64,000 bases of DNA from the human T2T-CHM13v2.0 reference genome, Homo sapiens: assembly GCF_009914755.1 (NCBI RefSeq), contig NC_060933.1; one strand, 5' to 3'. The notes under the pieces were generated by a model, which saw nothing but the letters and a program-made list of their open reading frames with translations, made no database searches and was not told where the DNA came from. Within the stretch, counting starts at the first letter, position 1. Each line of letters opens with the position of its first letter. The translations under genes and the position numbers were made by a program. Below, in pieces: positions 13,254-28,100 of the stretch.

Positions 13254-14147
13254 AAGAAGTTTTCTCATTTTGCTGCATAATATAAATCTACAATTATTTT
13301 ATTATTTGATAATATAGTTTTAATTTCTGCAATAAATCTTTTCAACTACAATGAGCTAACAAATGAAAGCACATATTTGATAAAAACTTGGGCACTGCAT
13401 TTACCAATCTAAAAAATATTTGATAATCAAAGTGTAACTTTTACAAAATGTTGACATTTACTATCCACCATGGAGCTGCAATAACAGTGACTACTTGAAA
13501 ACCAGAAGATGCAAATCTGCTGAAGAAATATCAGCACTTAATTCATTTAATATAATAGTTATTGCAAGAACACTATACCTAGAGATGAATCAACACATGG
13601 AACTACAAAAGGTAGATTTAAATATCATCTGGAAAGCATGAATTTTCATCTAAACTAAATCACTGCTCTTAAAAATTAATTTAGTTCATTTTTGATTCCA
13701 CGTTTTTCTGTATATGTAAGAAAACCAACATGATAATAGTTAAATGATGCCAGTTTTATCTCAACATGGTCAAACACTAAAAATGGACAATCATGCAAGG
13801 TTATTTCAATAAGGATTATTTTCTTCATCCAATTAATTGAATTAAAGTAAAGCTTTTAGAAGACTATTCTCCTAAAATTGAAACATCTGGCATTATTGTG
13901 AATGCACTGTTAATTAATTTAAAAGGATAATATTGAAGAAAAAATTATTTCTGAAATAATAGTACAAATACAAATTTTGGCAAAGTAAACTGTCATAGTA
14001 AAAATTCAGTTTTCTTACTAAATTAAGAATTTTATGAGGCAGAAATGTACTAGAAATTGGTTGTAGTACAAACATAGTGTATATTTAGAACCAGATAAGC
14101 TGTGACATCTGCTAATCAGAATAGACATTCACATTGTCAAGCTTTCC

Positions 14148-14596
14148 ACACACACACATACACACACACATATATACATATATGTATATATGTTTATATG
14201 TATATATGTCCAAATATATACATATATGTATATATGTACATATGTATATATGTATATATGTCCAAATATATACATATATGTATATATTTATGTACATATA
14301 CATATGTATATATTTATGTACATATACATATATGTATATATTTATGTACATATACATATATGTATATATTTATGTACATATACATATATGTATATATTTA
14401 TGTACATATACATATATGTATATATTTATGTACATATACATATATGTATATATTTATGTACATATACATATATGTATATATTTATGTACATATACATATA
14501 TGCATATATGTATATATACACACATATGAATATATATACACACATATGCATATAAATATATATATACACACACACAGACATACACACACACACACT
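14148..14596. repeat. TA/CA-rich compound repeat with a 28-bp higher-order unit TATATTTATGTACATATACATATATGTA
   Basis: About 7 near-perfect 28-bp copies at ~14308-14500, flanked by (CA)n/(TA)n. Confidence 0.92.
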
Positions 14597-14657
14597 CACC
14601 TGGGGTAGGTAAATAAATTACAAAGTTATGCTTGAAGCTGATGTTGAAATTTATATG

Positions 14658-15014
<357 letters not shown>

Positions 15015-15514
15015 TTAGGAAAGCTTGAGCCTTTAACAGCTACTTTGTAAATTAACCTTAAATGTTCTACATGGACACTGAAAATTTTACGAACAAGTCC
15101 CCTAAGTTTTGGTTTGTTCAGCATCATTTGAAATATTTTAGTCAAGTATGCAATGAATGAAGTATTAAAAACTTCAGCTTTTATGATTTGCTTTGAAAAG
15201 CTCCAATTATAAAAACAAGGCTTATGAATTTCCTTTAAAAGCAAGGGAGAACCTTAAAAAATTAAATGATCAGAATTCTCAAGGTAAACAATATTTAGCT
15301 TTGAAATTTTCTAATTGTGTTTGAAATGTCAACTTATTGTAAGACATTTTATGGAGCTCCTATCTTTTAATTGCATAATTTTATATTCTATGTTGAAATG
15401 AAATACAGTTGAGAAAACCTACAAATTTGCACCATTTATATTTGAAAAAATTTTCAAAATAATCACAATTTATTATATGAGTTTTGTCTTGTAAAAATAT
15501 TTGCTGAATGGCAC

Positions 15515-17793
15515 TGATACGGTTTAGCTGTGTCCTCACCCAAATCTCATCTTGAATTGTAACTCCCTCGTTCCCATGTATTGTGGGAGAAACCCAGTGG
15601 GAGGTGATTGAATTATGGAGGCAAGTCTTTCATGCACTGTTCTCATGATAGTGAGTCTTACAAGGTCTGATGGTTGTAAAAACAGGAGTTTCCCTGCACA
15701 AGCTCTCTTCTCTTGTTTGCTGCCAAGTGAGATGTGCCTTTCACCTTCTGCCGTGATTGTGAGGCCTCCCCAGCCACGTGGAACTGTAAGTCCAATAAAC
15801 CTCTTTCTTTTGTAAATTTCCCAGTCTTGGGTATGTCTTTATCAGTAGGTTGAGAACAAACTAATACAATAAATTGGTAACAGTAGGGTGGGGCACTGCT
15901 GAAAAGATATCCCAAAATGTGGAAGAGACTTTGGAACTGGGTAAGAGGCTGAGGTTGGAACAGTTTGGTGGGCTCAGAAGACAGAAAAATGGGGGAAAGT
16001 TTGGAACTCCCTAGAGACTTGTTGAATGACTTTGACCAAAATCCTTATAATGATATGGACAGTGAAATCCAGGCTGAGATGGTCTCAGATGGAGATAAGC
16101 AACTTGTTGGGAACTGAAGAAAAGGTGACTCTAGTTATGTTTTAGCAGAGAGACTGGTAGCATTTTGCCCCTGCCCTAGAGATCTGTGGAACTTTGAACT
16201 TGAGAGAGATGATTTAGGGTTGGTGGAAAAAATTTCTAAGCACCAAAGCATTCAAGAGGTGGCTTGGGCACCGATAAAGGCATTCAAGTTTTATAAGAGA
16301 GGCAGAACGTAAAAGTTTGGAAAATTTGCAGCCTGACAATGCAATGGAAAAGAAAATCTCATGTTCTGAGGAAAAATTCAAGATGGCTGCAGAAATTTGC
16401 AAAAGTAATGAGGAGCCAAATGTTAGTCCCCAAGACAATGGGGAAAATGTCTCCAGGGTATGTCAGAGGTCTTCACAGCAGCCCCTACCACCACAGGCCC
16501 AGAGGCCTAGGAAAAAATTGTTTCATGAGCCAGGCCCAGGGTCCCTGTGCTGTGTGCAGCCTAGAGATTTGGTGCCCTGTGTCCCAGCTGCTCCAGCTGT
16601 GACTCGAAGGGGCCCACATAGAGCTTGGGTCGTGGCTTCACAGGGTGCAAGCCCCAAGCCTTGGCATCCTCCATGGGGTGTTGAGCCTGTAGGTGCACAG
16701 AAGTCAAGAACTGAGGTTTCAGAACCTCCACCTAGATTTCGGAAGATATATGGACTTGCCTGAATGCACAGGCAGAAGTTTGCTGTAGCGGTGGGGCCCT
16801 CATAGAGAACCTCTGTCAGGGGAGTGCAGAAGGGAAATGTGGGGTCTGAGCCCCCCCCACAGAGTCCCTACTGGGGCACCACCTAGTGGAACTGTGAGAA
16901 GAGGGCTACTGTCCTCCAGACCCCAGAATGGTAGATCCACTGACAATTTGCACTAATTTTCTGGAAAAGCTACAGATGCTGAATGCCAGCCCATGAAAGC
17001 AGCCTGGAGTGGGGGCTGTACCCTGCAAATCCACAGGGGCAAAGCTGCCTGAGACCATGGGAACCCACCTCTCGGATCAGCATGATCTGGATGTGAGACA
17101 TGGAATCAAAGGAGATCATTTTGGAGCTTTAATTGCCCTGCTGGGTTTCAGACTTGCATGGGCCTGTAGCCCCTTTCCCCCTTTCTTTGGGCATATTTCT
17201 CCCATTTGGAATGGCTGCATTTACCTAATGCCTGTACCTGCATTGTATCTAGGAAATAACTAACTTGCTTTTTATTTTACATGCTCATAGGTGGAAGGGA
17301 CTTTCCTTGTCTCCAATGAGACGTTGGACTGTGGACTTTTGAGTTAATGCTGAAATGAGTTAAGAATTTGGGGGACTGTTGGGAAGGCATGACTGGTTTT
17401 GAAATGTGAGGACATGAGATTTGGGAGGGGACGGGGCCAAATGATAGTTTGGCTGTGTCCCCACCCAAATCTCATGTTAAACTATAACTCTGACAATTCC
17501 CACGTGTTGTGAGAGGAATCCAGTGGGAGGTGATTGAATTATGGGGGCGGGTCTTTCCTATCCTGTTCTCATGATAGTGAGTCTTAGGAGATCTGATAGT
17601 TTTAAAAACAGGAGTTTCTCTGCACAAGCTCTCCTCTCTTGTCTGCCACCAAGTGAGATGTGACTTCACCTTCCACCATGATTGTGAGGCCTCCCCAGCC
17701 ACATGGAACTGTAAGTCCAATAAACCTCTTTCTTCTGTAAATTTCCCAGTCTCAGGTATGTCTTTATCAACAGCATGGAAATGGACTAATACA
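15515..17793 (+). mobile_element. Full-length THE1A-like MaLR element (LTR 15515-15868, internal 15869-17441, LTR 17442-17793)
   Basis: Two similar ~350-bp LTRs flanking a 1.57-kb THE1 internal region; 5-bp TSD GGCAC. Confidence 0.93.
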
Positions 17794-18289
17794 GGCACAA
17801 AATTTGTGAAAATATTATGGCTGCTATACATACAAATTTTAATACAGAAAAAAAATAGATTGAGATTATCTTTCCTTTAGCAGAATTTACTCTGGATTTA
17901 CTAGGTATCTAGGCACTAGGTCTCCAGGTTTAGAGAACATAGTATAATATATTCAATAAAAATATGATTTACAAAGGAAAATCAATTAAACGTGTCAATA
18001 ATTTTCAATTTTGTAGCCATAAAATGAAGCTTTGAAGAAGATAACAGAAACTTTTATTTAAAAAGAAGGTCACATAAAAAAATTACATTCTTCAGAAAAC
18101 TGCTGGAGATGGTATTACAGAAAGACACAAAATAATTAAAGAATGTGACTGTGTAGGCAAGACTATAATTTTTGTCCTTTATTTGGTAAATACAGATATA
18201 AATTAGTATTTACCAAAAATCTTGTTGGGAAATCGTTTTTGAATGAAAATATTTTGCAGGTCTACAAATATAAAAATTAATTTGTAGCT

Positions 18290-20090
18290 ATAGGACTTCT
18301 GGCTTCCAGTCCAGTATGTAGAAAGTTTGAAAGTCACTACTCCATCCAAACAATAAGTAGAAAGCTGAAAGACTGAAAAACCAACAATTCTTCTTAGGTC
18401 TGTATGAGAGGTGAGGACACAGGGAACACTGCTGCCCCAAAGACTGAAGAGAGAGGCAAGTATAGAGAGTCCCAGCTTCTTCCAGTAGACACTCATGAGC
18501 AGAAACCACAGCAGGAACCACTGCCAGGCAGGAAAATCTGAACTGTAATTGGCAAATTGCTGGCAGCTCAGTGTAGACAAGGCTGAGGATTAAAAATAAC
18601 TCCAGGGGACCCAGTCAAAGGGGAGCCCCCACACATAGTTGAACTTTACCTCCAGGAACTTGACAAGGTTCTCACAGTAAATATCAAAGAAAAATACCCT
18701 TGTGCTTCAATTAGAAGAAGGGGAAATGTAACCATTTTGAAATATGCCAGTGTACTCTGTTCTTAGCAAGGTCTGCCCACAGGAGAAACTATTTAACCAG
18801 AACCTAAACTAATATTGTTTTACCAGAGCCTAAGTGACCTGGGAGAAAAGAAATACCCAACTCCAGCCCACTGTTTCCATCCTATTCCACCTAAGGAGAA
18901 GGAAAAATACTTATGAACACTTGTACAATCCACAGTCCATAGGCATGGCCTCATAAAAGACTGAAACCTAATAGTAGGACAATAAAGCACTTATCCCCCA
19001 ACACACATACACCTAATCACCACATGACTAAAGGCATGTCTACAGTAGTTCCTTTTACCCAGTAACTCATGTCCAGGTATCAAGAAAAAACGACAAGACT
19101 TACAAAAAGACATCACACATAGTTTGAAGAGACAGAACTAGACTCAGAAATGGCAGGGATGTAGGAATTATCAGATTGGTAATATAAAACAACAATGATT
19201 AATATGATAAGGGCTCTACTGGATAAAGTAGACAGCATGCAAGAACCAATGGGCAACATAAACAAGGAGATGAAAATTCTAAGACAACCAAAGAGAAATG
19301 CTAGAGATCAAAAACACTGAAACAGAAATGAAGAATGCCTTTGATGGGTATGAATAGACTGGAAACTGCTGAAGGGAAAATCTCTGAGAATATCTCAATC
19401 AATGCTTCCAAAACTGAACATCAAAGAGAAAACATACCAAAAACAAAGACAACAGAGTATTCAAGAACTGTGGAACAACTACAAAGTGTGGAATGTCTTG
19501 TAAAGGGAATACCAGAAGGAGAAGAAAAAGAGAAAGGAGTAGAAGAAATATTTTAAACAATAATGACTGAGAATTTCCCCAAAGTAATGTCATAACAAAT
19601 TACAGATTCAGGAAGCTCAGAGAACACCAAGAAAATAAATGCTGAAAAAATTACACCTAGATATATCATTTTTAAACTACAGAGAATCAAAGAAAAAGAA
19701 AACACTATTTTAAAAAAACAGAGAAAACAAATCTTACTTGAGAGGAAAAAAAAAAAACCCTACCAACCTAGAATTCTGTAACCTACAAAACTATCCTTCA
19801 AAAATGAAGGAGAAATAAAGACTTTCTCAGACAAACAAAAATTGAGTGGATTTGTTTTCAGTAGAGCTGCCTTTTAAGAAATGTAAAAGAAGTCACGTAG
19901 AATAGAGAGAAGGAAAATTGTATATGTCAGAAACCTATATCTATCTACATAAAGAAAGGATGAGCATCAGAGGAGGAAAAAATGAAGATAAAATAAAATT
20001 TTATTTTTCTTATTCTTAATTGACCTAACAGATAATAGTCCGTTCAAAAAAATAATAGCGACAACGTATTCAAATATATATATTTGTATA

Positions 20091-20140
<50 letters not shown>

Positions 20141-22101
20141 AAATTAATGACAGCAATGATATAAGGGATGGGAGGGAGAAATTAGTATCATTTTATTATA
20201 AGGTACTCACACTACTTGTAAGGTTTATAGTGTTTTTTGAAGGTGGACATGGATTAGTTGTAAATGTATATTGCAATGTCTAGAGCAACTAATTTTAAAA
20301 GTTAAAGAAATGAAGCATAATTGGTTTACTAAGACAGGAGAAAAAATCAAATTAGAATCACCAAGGAAAAAAAAAAAGAAGGCAAAACAGGAACAAACAA
20401 AAATGGTAACAGACAATGGTAACACATATGGGAAATACAGTAATATCAGTAACTTTAAACATCAATGATCTAAATGTACCAATTAAAAGAGATTGTCAGA
20501 AATATCAAGAAACATACTTTAAATATAAAGATGCAAATTGATTAAAACTAAACAAATGGAGAAAAATATACCATGTTCATACTAATCAAAGGAAGTTGGA
20601 GTAGCTATATTAATTTTGGACAGAGTAGATGACAGAGCAATAAAAGTTATCATGAATATAAAAGGACATTGCATAATGATAAAGGGGTCGATAACAGGAA
20701 GACATAACAATCTTTAATGTATATGTGCCTAACATCAGAGAATCAAAATACATAAGGCAAAAACTGACAGAACTACGAGGAAAAAAAATAAATGAATCCA
20801 TTATTATAGTTGGAGACTTCAACACCCCTATATTACTATTTAACAGATCCATCAAATGGAAAATCAGTATGGACATAAACTCAACAACACCACCATCAAT
20901 TGACTGGATATAATGGACATTTGTTAACTACTTCACTTAACAACAGCAGAATACACATTCTTCTCAAGCACATGTGGGACATTCACCAAAAACAGATCAT
21001 ATTCTGGGCCATAGAACATACCTTAATACATTTAAGAGAATAGAAATCATACAATGTTTGCTCTCAGGCCACAAAGGAATTAAACCAGAAATTAATAACA
21101 GAAAGACAGCCAGGAAATCCCAAGTCTCAGAGATTGCATAACACATTTATAAATATCCACTGGTCTAAGAAGAAATCTCAAGAGATGCTCTAAAATATTT
21201 GAAACGGAATGAAAATGAAAAGACAACTTATCAAATTTTGTTAGCCACAAAGCAGTAGAAGGAAATTTATATTAATAGCATTGTAGGCTTATATTAGAAA
21301 TGAAGAAATCTAAAATCAATTATCTAAGCTCCCATCTTAGGAAACCAGACAAAGAGGAGGAAATTAAAGCCAAAGTAAGGAAAACACACGAAATCATAAA
21401 AATTAGAGCAAGAATCAATGAAATTAACAATGGGAAATCAATACAGAGAATCAATGAAACCAAAAGCTGGTTCTGTGAAAACTTCAGTACAATAGATAAG
21501 CCTCTACCCAAAATAACTAAGAAAAAAGTGAGATGACACACAATACTAATATCAGAAATGAAATGAAAGAGGGGACATCACTACAGGTTGCATAGACATT
21601 AAAAGGATAATCAATAAATACATTTTTTTAAAAACCCTACGGCCACAAATTTGATAACCTAGATGAAATGGGCCAATTCCTTGAAAGACACAATCTGTCA
21701 AAACTCACACAGGAAAAATTGGGTAATCTGAATAGTCTTATACTTATTAAAGAAATATAATCAATAGTTTATAATCTTCTGAAAGAGAAAACTTCAGGTC
21801 AAGATGGGTTTATCTGTGAATTCTACCAAACATTTAACAGAGAAAATATACAAATCCTCTATAATCTGTTTCAGAAGATAGAAGCAGAGGAAATTCTTTT
21901 TAATTCATTCTATAAGGCCAGCATTGTCCTAATAACAAAACTAGACAAAGACATTACAAGAAATGAAAACTACAGACCAATAGTTCTAATGAACATAGCT
22001 GCGAAAGTCCCCGACAAAATATCACCAAACTGGATACAGCAATGTATTTAAAAAATTATACACTACAACCAAGTGGAATTTTTCTAGGTATGCAAGGCTG
22101 G
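18290..22101 (+). mobile_element. Old L1 (L1MC/MD-like): 5' UTR, ORF1 and 5' half of ORF2; 3'-truncated
   Basis: ORF1 remnants (GIPEGEEKEKGVEEIF) and endonuclease remnants (IIVGDFNTP). RT-start homology stops abruptly at ...ggtatgcaaggctgg. Confidence 0.88.
20085..20140. repeat. (TG)n(TA)n(TG)n microsatellite inside L1
   Basis: Seen directly. Confidence 0.9.
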
Positions 22102-22699
22102 GAAATCCAGGTACAGACACACTAGGAGAAAGAAGCCTGTGTCTCCTGGCAAGAACTCTTAATTACACTTGACACACAGGGTTGTCAATAGAGACTGAAA
22201 GTCACAAGAAAAGCACTATTACACCTTTAAGTCTTCTCTGAACAACCAACCAGAAAGACAAGTCCAGGGACTAGCTGAGGACTCACTCCCACGCTGACGT
22301 AGAACCCAGACAGCCGGGGTGTAAAATAACATGTGGCGGTACGGTTTCATTGGACAGAATACATACAACCTCTGAGTATATAGAAACTGTGCAGCTCCTT
22401 CTCCTTACCACCTACTGCACCCCCACCCCAGCCTGGTCACCTGACAGACTGACAGAGGAATGATTTATTTAGCTAGTGCAAAGCAAACACTTCTCCTGGC
22501 TGAGCTCTTAGGCAGAGAACTCACTCAGTGACCACCATTCACATTCGGCTGTAGTGCAGAGGAACCCAAGGCCACTGGCACACTCAGGTAGACCCCCAGT
22601 ATCAAACCTCAGCACCACTAAACAGAGCAGATCTCTTTATCTTGTTTTACAGTGGAAACTGAGATCTAAGATATGAGACTTAAAGAAAGGGAATCTCTC

Positions 22700-22925
22700 T
22701 TTAAGGGTATGGGTTTAAAAGCAATAGGGCCTGGTTCCAGACTCTTTGAGGTGCAAATCCTAGGTTTGCCGTTTGCTAGCTATGTGATCTGGGAAAATTA
22801 ATCTCCCTACTTCCATTTTCTCATCTGCAAGTGGGATCAAAGTAGCACTTTTTTTTTCAGAGCTTTTGTAAGGATTTAATTAGTTAATATACTTGAAAGG
22901 CTTAGAACAGTGCCTGACACAAAAT
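22700..22925 (+). mobile_element. MIR
   Basis: caaatcctaggtttgcc...ctagctatgtgatctggg...ttctcatctgcaag...ttagaacagtgcctgacac. Confidence 0.75.
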
Positions 22926-24237
22926 CAGACTTTTGAGTCTCAAAATCAGGCAATTTAGGCAAAGTAAATAAGGAATGAGTAGATAACCTCAGAAAAAAAA
23001 AAATCTGGTATATTAGAAAGAAGACCAGGCTTGACCTGAGTGGGTGGAGACTGGCATTTCCTGCCTCTACCACAAGTTAGCCAATGTCTTGAGTAAATCA
23101 CCTGAAGTCTTTAGGCCTTTTTTTTTTTTCAACTTGATCTAGCAATAGCAATCTCTACAGGAGTGCTATAAAAGCCCATGAGATGGAGACACCAGCACGT
23201 TGTAAACTAGTGTTCTACAGAGGTTGACTCTAAGCCTTCTTATTTCTTTTCTTTTGTAACAGTTTTATTGACATATAACTCACACACATATAACTCACTC
23301 ATTAAATGCATACAATCAGAGGTTTTTGGTATTTTCACAGAGTTGTGCAACCATTACCATATCAATTTTGGAACATTTTTATCATCCTCCAGAAGAAACC
23401 CCATATTCTTCAGCAGTAATCCCATTCCTCACATTCCCCTGAGAATCCGGTAGCCATTCATCTACTTTCTGTCTATACAAATTTGCCTATTCTGGACATT
23501 TCATATAGATGGAATCATACAATGCATGATCTTTTGTGACTGGGCTCTCTGACAGCATAATGTTTTCAAGATTCATCATGTATCAGTACTTACCGCTTTT
23601 ACTGCTGAAAGATATTCCATTATATGGAGTCATATACCACATTTTATTATGCACCCACCAGTTGATGATATTTGAATCACTTCTACTTTTTGGCTAACAA
23701 GAATAATGCCTCAATGGACATTCATGTACAAGTTTTTGTGTGGCATATGTTTTCAGTTCTCTTGAGTGTATACCTAGAAGTGGAACTGCTGGGTTGGTCA
23801 GATGGTTAATTCTGTTTAAAGTTGAGGAACTGCCAAAATATTTTTGAAAGAAGGGGCACCAGAATTCCTACTAGCAGTGAATGAGGGTCCCAATTTCTGC
23901 ACATCCCTATCAACACTTGTTATGATTTATTTTTTATTGTAGCCAGCATAGTGGGTATGAAATGGTATTTCACTATGGTTTTGATTTACATTACTTTGAT
24001 GTTTAATGATATAAGCATCTTTTCCTGTGCTTATTGGCCATTTGTGTGTCTTCTGTGGAGCAATGTCTATCCAGGTTATTTGACTACTTTAAATTGAGTT
24101 ATTTGTGGTTTTTTTATTTTTATGGATACAGAATAATTGTAAATATTTATGAGGTACATGTGATATTGTGATACAACCATACAATGTGTAATGATCAAAA
24201 CTGAGTAATTGGGATATCCATCACCTCATTTATCATT

Positions 24238-24564
24238 CGGCACAGCAAAGGAAACAATCAACAAAGTGAAGAGACAACCTATGGAATAAAAGGAAATATT
24301 TGCAAATCATCCATCTGATGAGGGATTAATAACCAGAATATATAAGGAACTCTAACAACTCAATAGCAAAAAAGCAAATACTCCAATTTAAAAATGGGCA
24401 GAAGATCTGAATAGATATTTCTCAAGAGAAGGCATACACATGCTATCAGGTATATGAAAAAATGCTTAACATCATTAATCATCAGGGAAATGCAAATCAA
24501 AATCACAATGAGATATCACCTCACCCCAGTTAAAATGGCTATTATTAAAGACAAAAGTGACAAA
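24238..24564 (+). mobile_element. Tail-less L1 ORF2 fragment inserted in opposite orientation
   Basis: Plus-strand L1 ORF2 sequence inside a minus-strand L1 3' UTR; flanked by CATTTATCATT/CATTTGTCATT. Confidence 0.8.
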
Positions 24565-25098
24565 CATTTGTCATTTATTTGTACTGGGGACATTTCAAGC
24601 CTTATCTTCTAGCTATTTTGAAATATGCAATAAATTATTGTTAACTATAGTCACCTTACTTTCCTAGTGAACACTGGATTTTATTCCTTCTATCTGCCTG
24701 TTTTCTTGTGCTCATTAACCAGCCCCTTTTTGTCTCATCCCTCCCTGCTGCGCTTCCTAGCCTCTGGCAACCACCATTCTATTTGCTACCTCCAAGAGAT
24801 CATTTTTTTTTTAGCTCCTATGTGAGTGAGAGATCATTTTTTTAGCTCCTATGTGAGTGAGAACAAGCAATATTTGTCTTTCACTTAACATAATGTCCTC
24901 CAGTTCAATCCATGCTGCTGCAAATGACAGGGCTTCATTTTTTTATGGCTGAAAAATTTTCCATTGTGCGTATAAACCAAATTTTCTTTATCCATTCATT
25001 CACTGATAGACACTTAGGTTGATTTTATATCTTGACTATTGTGAATAGCACTGCAATAAACATGACAGTGCAAATAATATCTCTGATATACTGATTTC

Positions 25099-25100
<2 letters not shown>

Positions 25101-25142
<42 letters not shown>
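25101..25142. repeat. (CA)n microsatellite
   Basis: About 20 perfect units. Confidence 0.95.
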
Positions 25143-25144
<2 letters not shown>

Positions 25145-28100
25145 AGTGGGATTGTTTGATCTTATACAGTAGCTCTATTTTTAGCTTTTTTAGGAACTTC
25201 CATACTGTTTTCCATAGTGGCTGTGCTAATTTACATTGCCACCAACGGTGTAGTGTATGAGCATTTCCTTTTCTCCATATCCTCGACAGCATTTGGGTTT
25301 TTGTTTGGTTGGTTTTTTTGTTTGTTTTGTTTGTTTGTTTGTTTTGTTTTTTGTTTTGTTTTTGGCTTTTGAATAATAGCCATTTTAACTCTGGGAAGAT
25401 GATATCTCACTGTGGTTTTGATTTGCATCTGCTTAATGATTAGTGATGTTGAGCATTTTTTCATATACCTAATGGTCATTTGTATGTCTTCTTTTGGGAA
25501 ATATCTATTCAGATCCTTTGCTCATTTTTAATTAGATTATTTATCATTTTGCTATTGAGTTGTTTGAGTTTCTTATATATTCTGGTTACTAGTCCATTGT
25601 CAGATTTCTTTTTATTTGTAGATTGTATCTTCACTTTGTTGATTGTTTCCTTTGTTGGGCATAAGCTTTTTAGCTTGATATAATCCCATTTGTCATTTTT
25701 TTCTTTTGTTGCCTGTGCTTCTAAGGTCTAACTCAAGAAATCTTTGCCCAGACCAATGTCCTGAAATGGTTCCCCAATATTTTCTTCAAGTAGTTTCCTA
25801 GCTTCAGGTCTTACATTTAAGTCTTTAATTTATTTTGATTTGATTTTTGGTTGTGGTGAGAGATAGAGGTCTAGTTTCATTCTTCTGAACATGGCTATCA
25901 GTTTTCACAGCACCTATTATTGAAGAGACTGTGCTTTCCCCAATGTATGTTATTGGCACCTTTGTCAAAATGAGTTGGCTATACATGTAAGGATTTATTT
26001 CTGGGATTTCTATTCTGTTGCATTGGTCTATGTGTCTGATTCTGTGCCAGTGCCATGCTGTTTTGGTTACTACAGCTTTGTAGTATATTTGAGGCAGGTA
26101 ATGTGATGCCTCCAGCTTTGTTTTTATATTCAAGATTGCTTTGACCATTTGGGTCTTTTGAAGTTAAATACAAACTTCAGATTTAAAAATATATATATAT
26201 TTATGTATGTCATTGGTATTTTGGAAAAGATTTCATTGAATCTATATATCTCTTTGTGTAGTATGGATGCTAAAAATATTAATTCTTCCACTCCATGAAC
26301 CTGGGATATTTTTTCTTTTTTGTGTCCTCTTCAATTTCTTTCATCAGTGTTTTATAGCTTTCATTATAGAGATTTTTTATTTATTTGGTTAAGTTTATTC
26401 CTGGGTAATTTTTGGTAGCTATTGTACAATAAACAAGATTGCTTTCTTGATTTCTTTTTCGGATAGTTCACTATTAGCTAGTATAGAAACACTACTGATA
26501 TCTGTACGTTAATTTTGTAGCCTCCAACTTTACTGGATTCCTTTACCAATTCTAACAGGTTTTTTTGGTGAAGTCTTTAGGATTTTTCTAAATATTAGAT
26601 CATATTACCTGCAAACAATAATAATTTGACTTTTTCCTTTCCAATTTGGTTGCCTTTTCTGTCTTTCTTTTGTTTGATTGCTCTGGCTATGACTTCTGGT
26701 ACTATGCTCAATAGGAGTAGTGAAAGTGAGCATCTTTGTCTTGTTCCAGATCTTAGATGAAAAGCTTTCAATTTTTCCCCATTCAGTGTGGTGCTAGATG
26801 TGAGTTTGTCATATGTGACCTTTATTGTTTTGAATATGTTCCTTCCATACCTAGTTTTTATCATGAAGAGATATTATCATGAAGAGATATTAAATTTCAT
26901 TGAGTGATTTATGGTATTTATTGAAATGATTTAAATATATTTTGCCCTTGATTCTATTAATGTGATGTACCACATTTGTTGATTTGTGTATGTTGACCTA
27001 TCCTTGCATTCCTGGGATGAACCCCACTTGATAATAATGAATAATCTTTTTAATGTGTGGTTGAATTCAATTTGCTGGTATTTTATTGAAGATTTTTGCA
27101 ACTATGTTCATCAATGATATTGGCCTGTAGTTTTCTTTTCTGTTGTTGTTGTGTCTTTGTCTGGTTTTGGTATCAGAATGATGCTCACCTCACAAAAATG
27201 AGTTTGGAAGTATTTCTTCTTCCTCATTTTTCTGAGTTCCAGTAGAATTGGCATTAGTTCTTCTTGAAATGTTTAGTAGAATTCTAGCAGTGAAGGCATC
27301 AGGTCCTGGACTTTTCTATGATGGGAAAATTTTTATTACTGTTTCTTTTTATTCGTTACTGGTATGTTCAAGTGTTCTGTTTCTTCATATTTTAATCTTG
27401 GTAAGTTGTATGTGTCTAGGAACATATCCATGTCTTTTAGGTTTTGAAATGTATTGGCATATAGTTGCTCATAATAATCTCTAATGATACTTTGAATTTC
27501 TCCTTTATAGTATCTCCTTTGTTGTCTCTGGTGTTATTTAATTTGGGTCTTCTTTTTTCTTTGTTAGTCTAGTTAGTGGTTTATCAATTTTGTATGTTTT
27601 CAAAATGCCAACTTTTTGTTTCATTGAATCCTTTGTCCTTTTCTTAGTTTCTATTTTGTTTAGTTCTGCTCTGATCTGTATTCTTTTCTTCTACTAATTT
27701 TGGATTTGGTGTGTTCCTGATTTTCTAGTTTCTTGAGGTGTATCGTTAGGTTGTTTATTTGAAGTCTTTCTACTTTTTTGATGTAGGCATTTATTGCTAT
27801 AAACTTGCCTGTTAGCACTGCTTTGTGTCATCCTATAGGTATGGTATGTTGTGTTTCCATTTTCACTTGTTTTAAGATATTTTTATTTCTTTTTTAATTT
27901 CTTCATGACCCGTTACTCATTCAGGAGCATGTTACTTTCTAGTTGTTTGTACAGTTTCTAAGGTTCATCTTCTTATCAATTTCTAGTTTTATTCCCTTCT
28001 TGTCAGAAAAGATGCTTGATACAGTTTCTATTTCTTTGAACTTGTTGAAATTGTTTTGTGGCCTTAAGAATTGGACTACTCTACATCTTTTAATTGGATA

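Noticed and set aside
16317-16763. 148-aa ORF
   Set aside because: THE1 internal region remnant.
24796-24862. ~33-bp tandem duplication (similar small ones near 26860 and 33340)
   Set aside because: Ordinary slippage duplications inside old L1 sequence.
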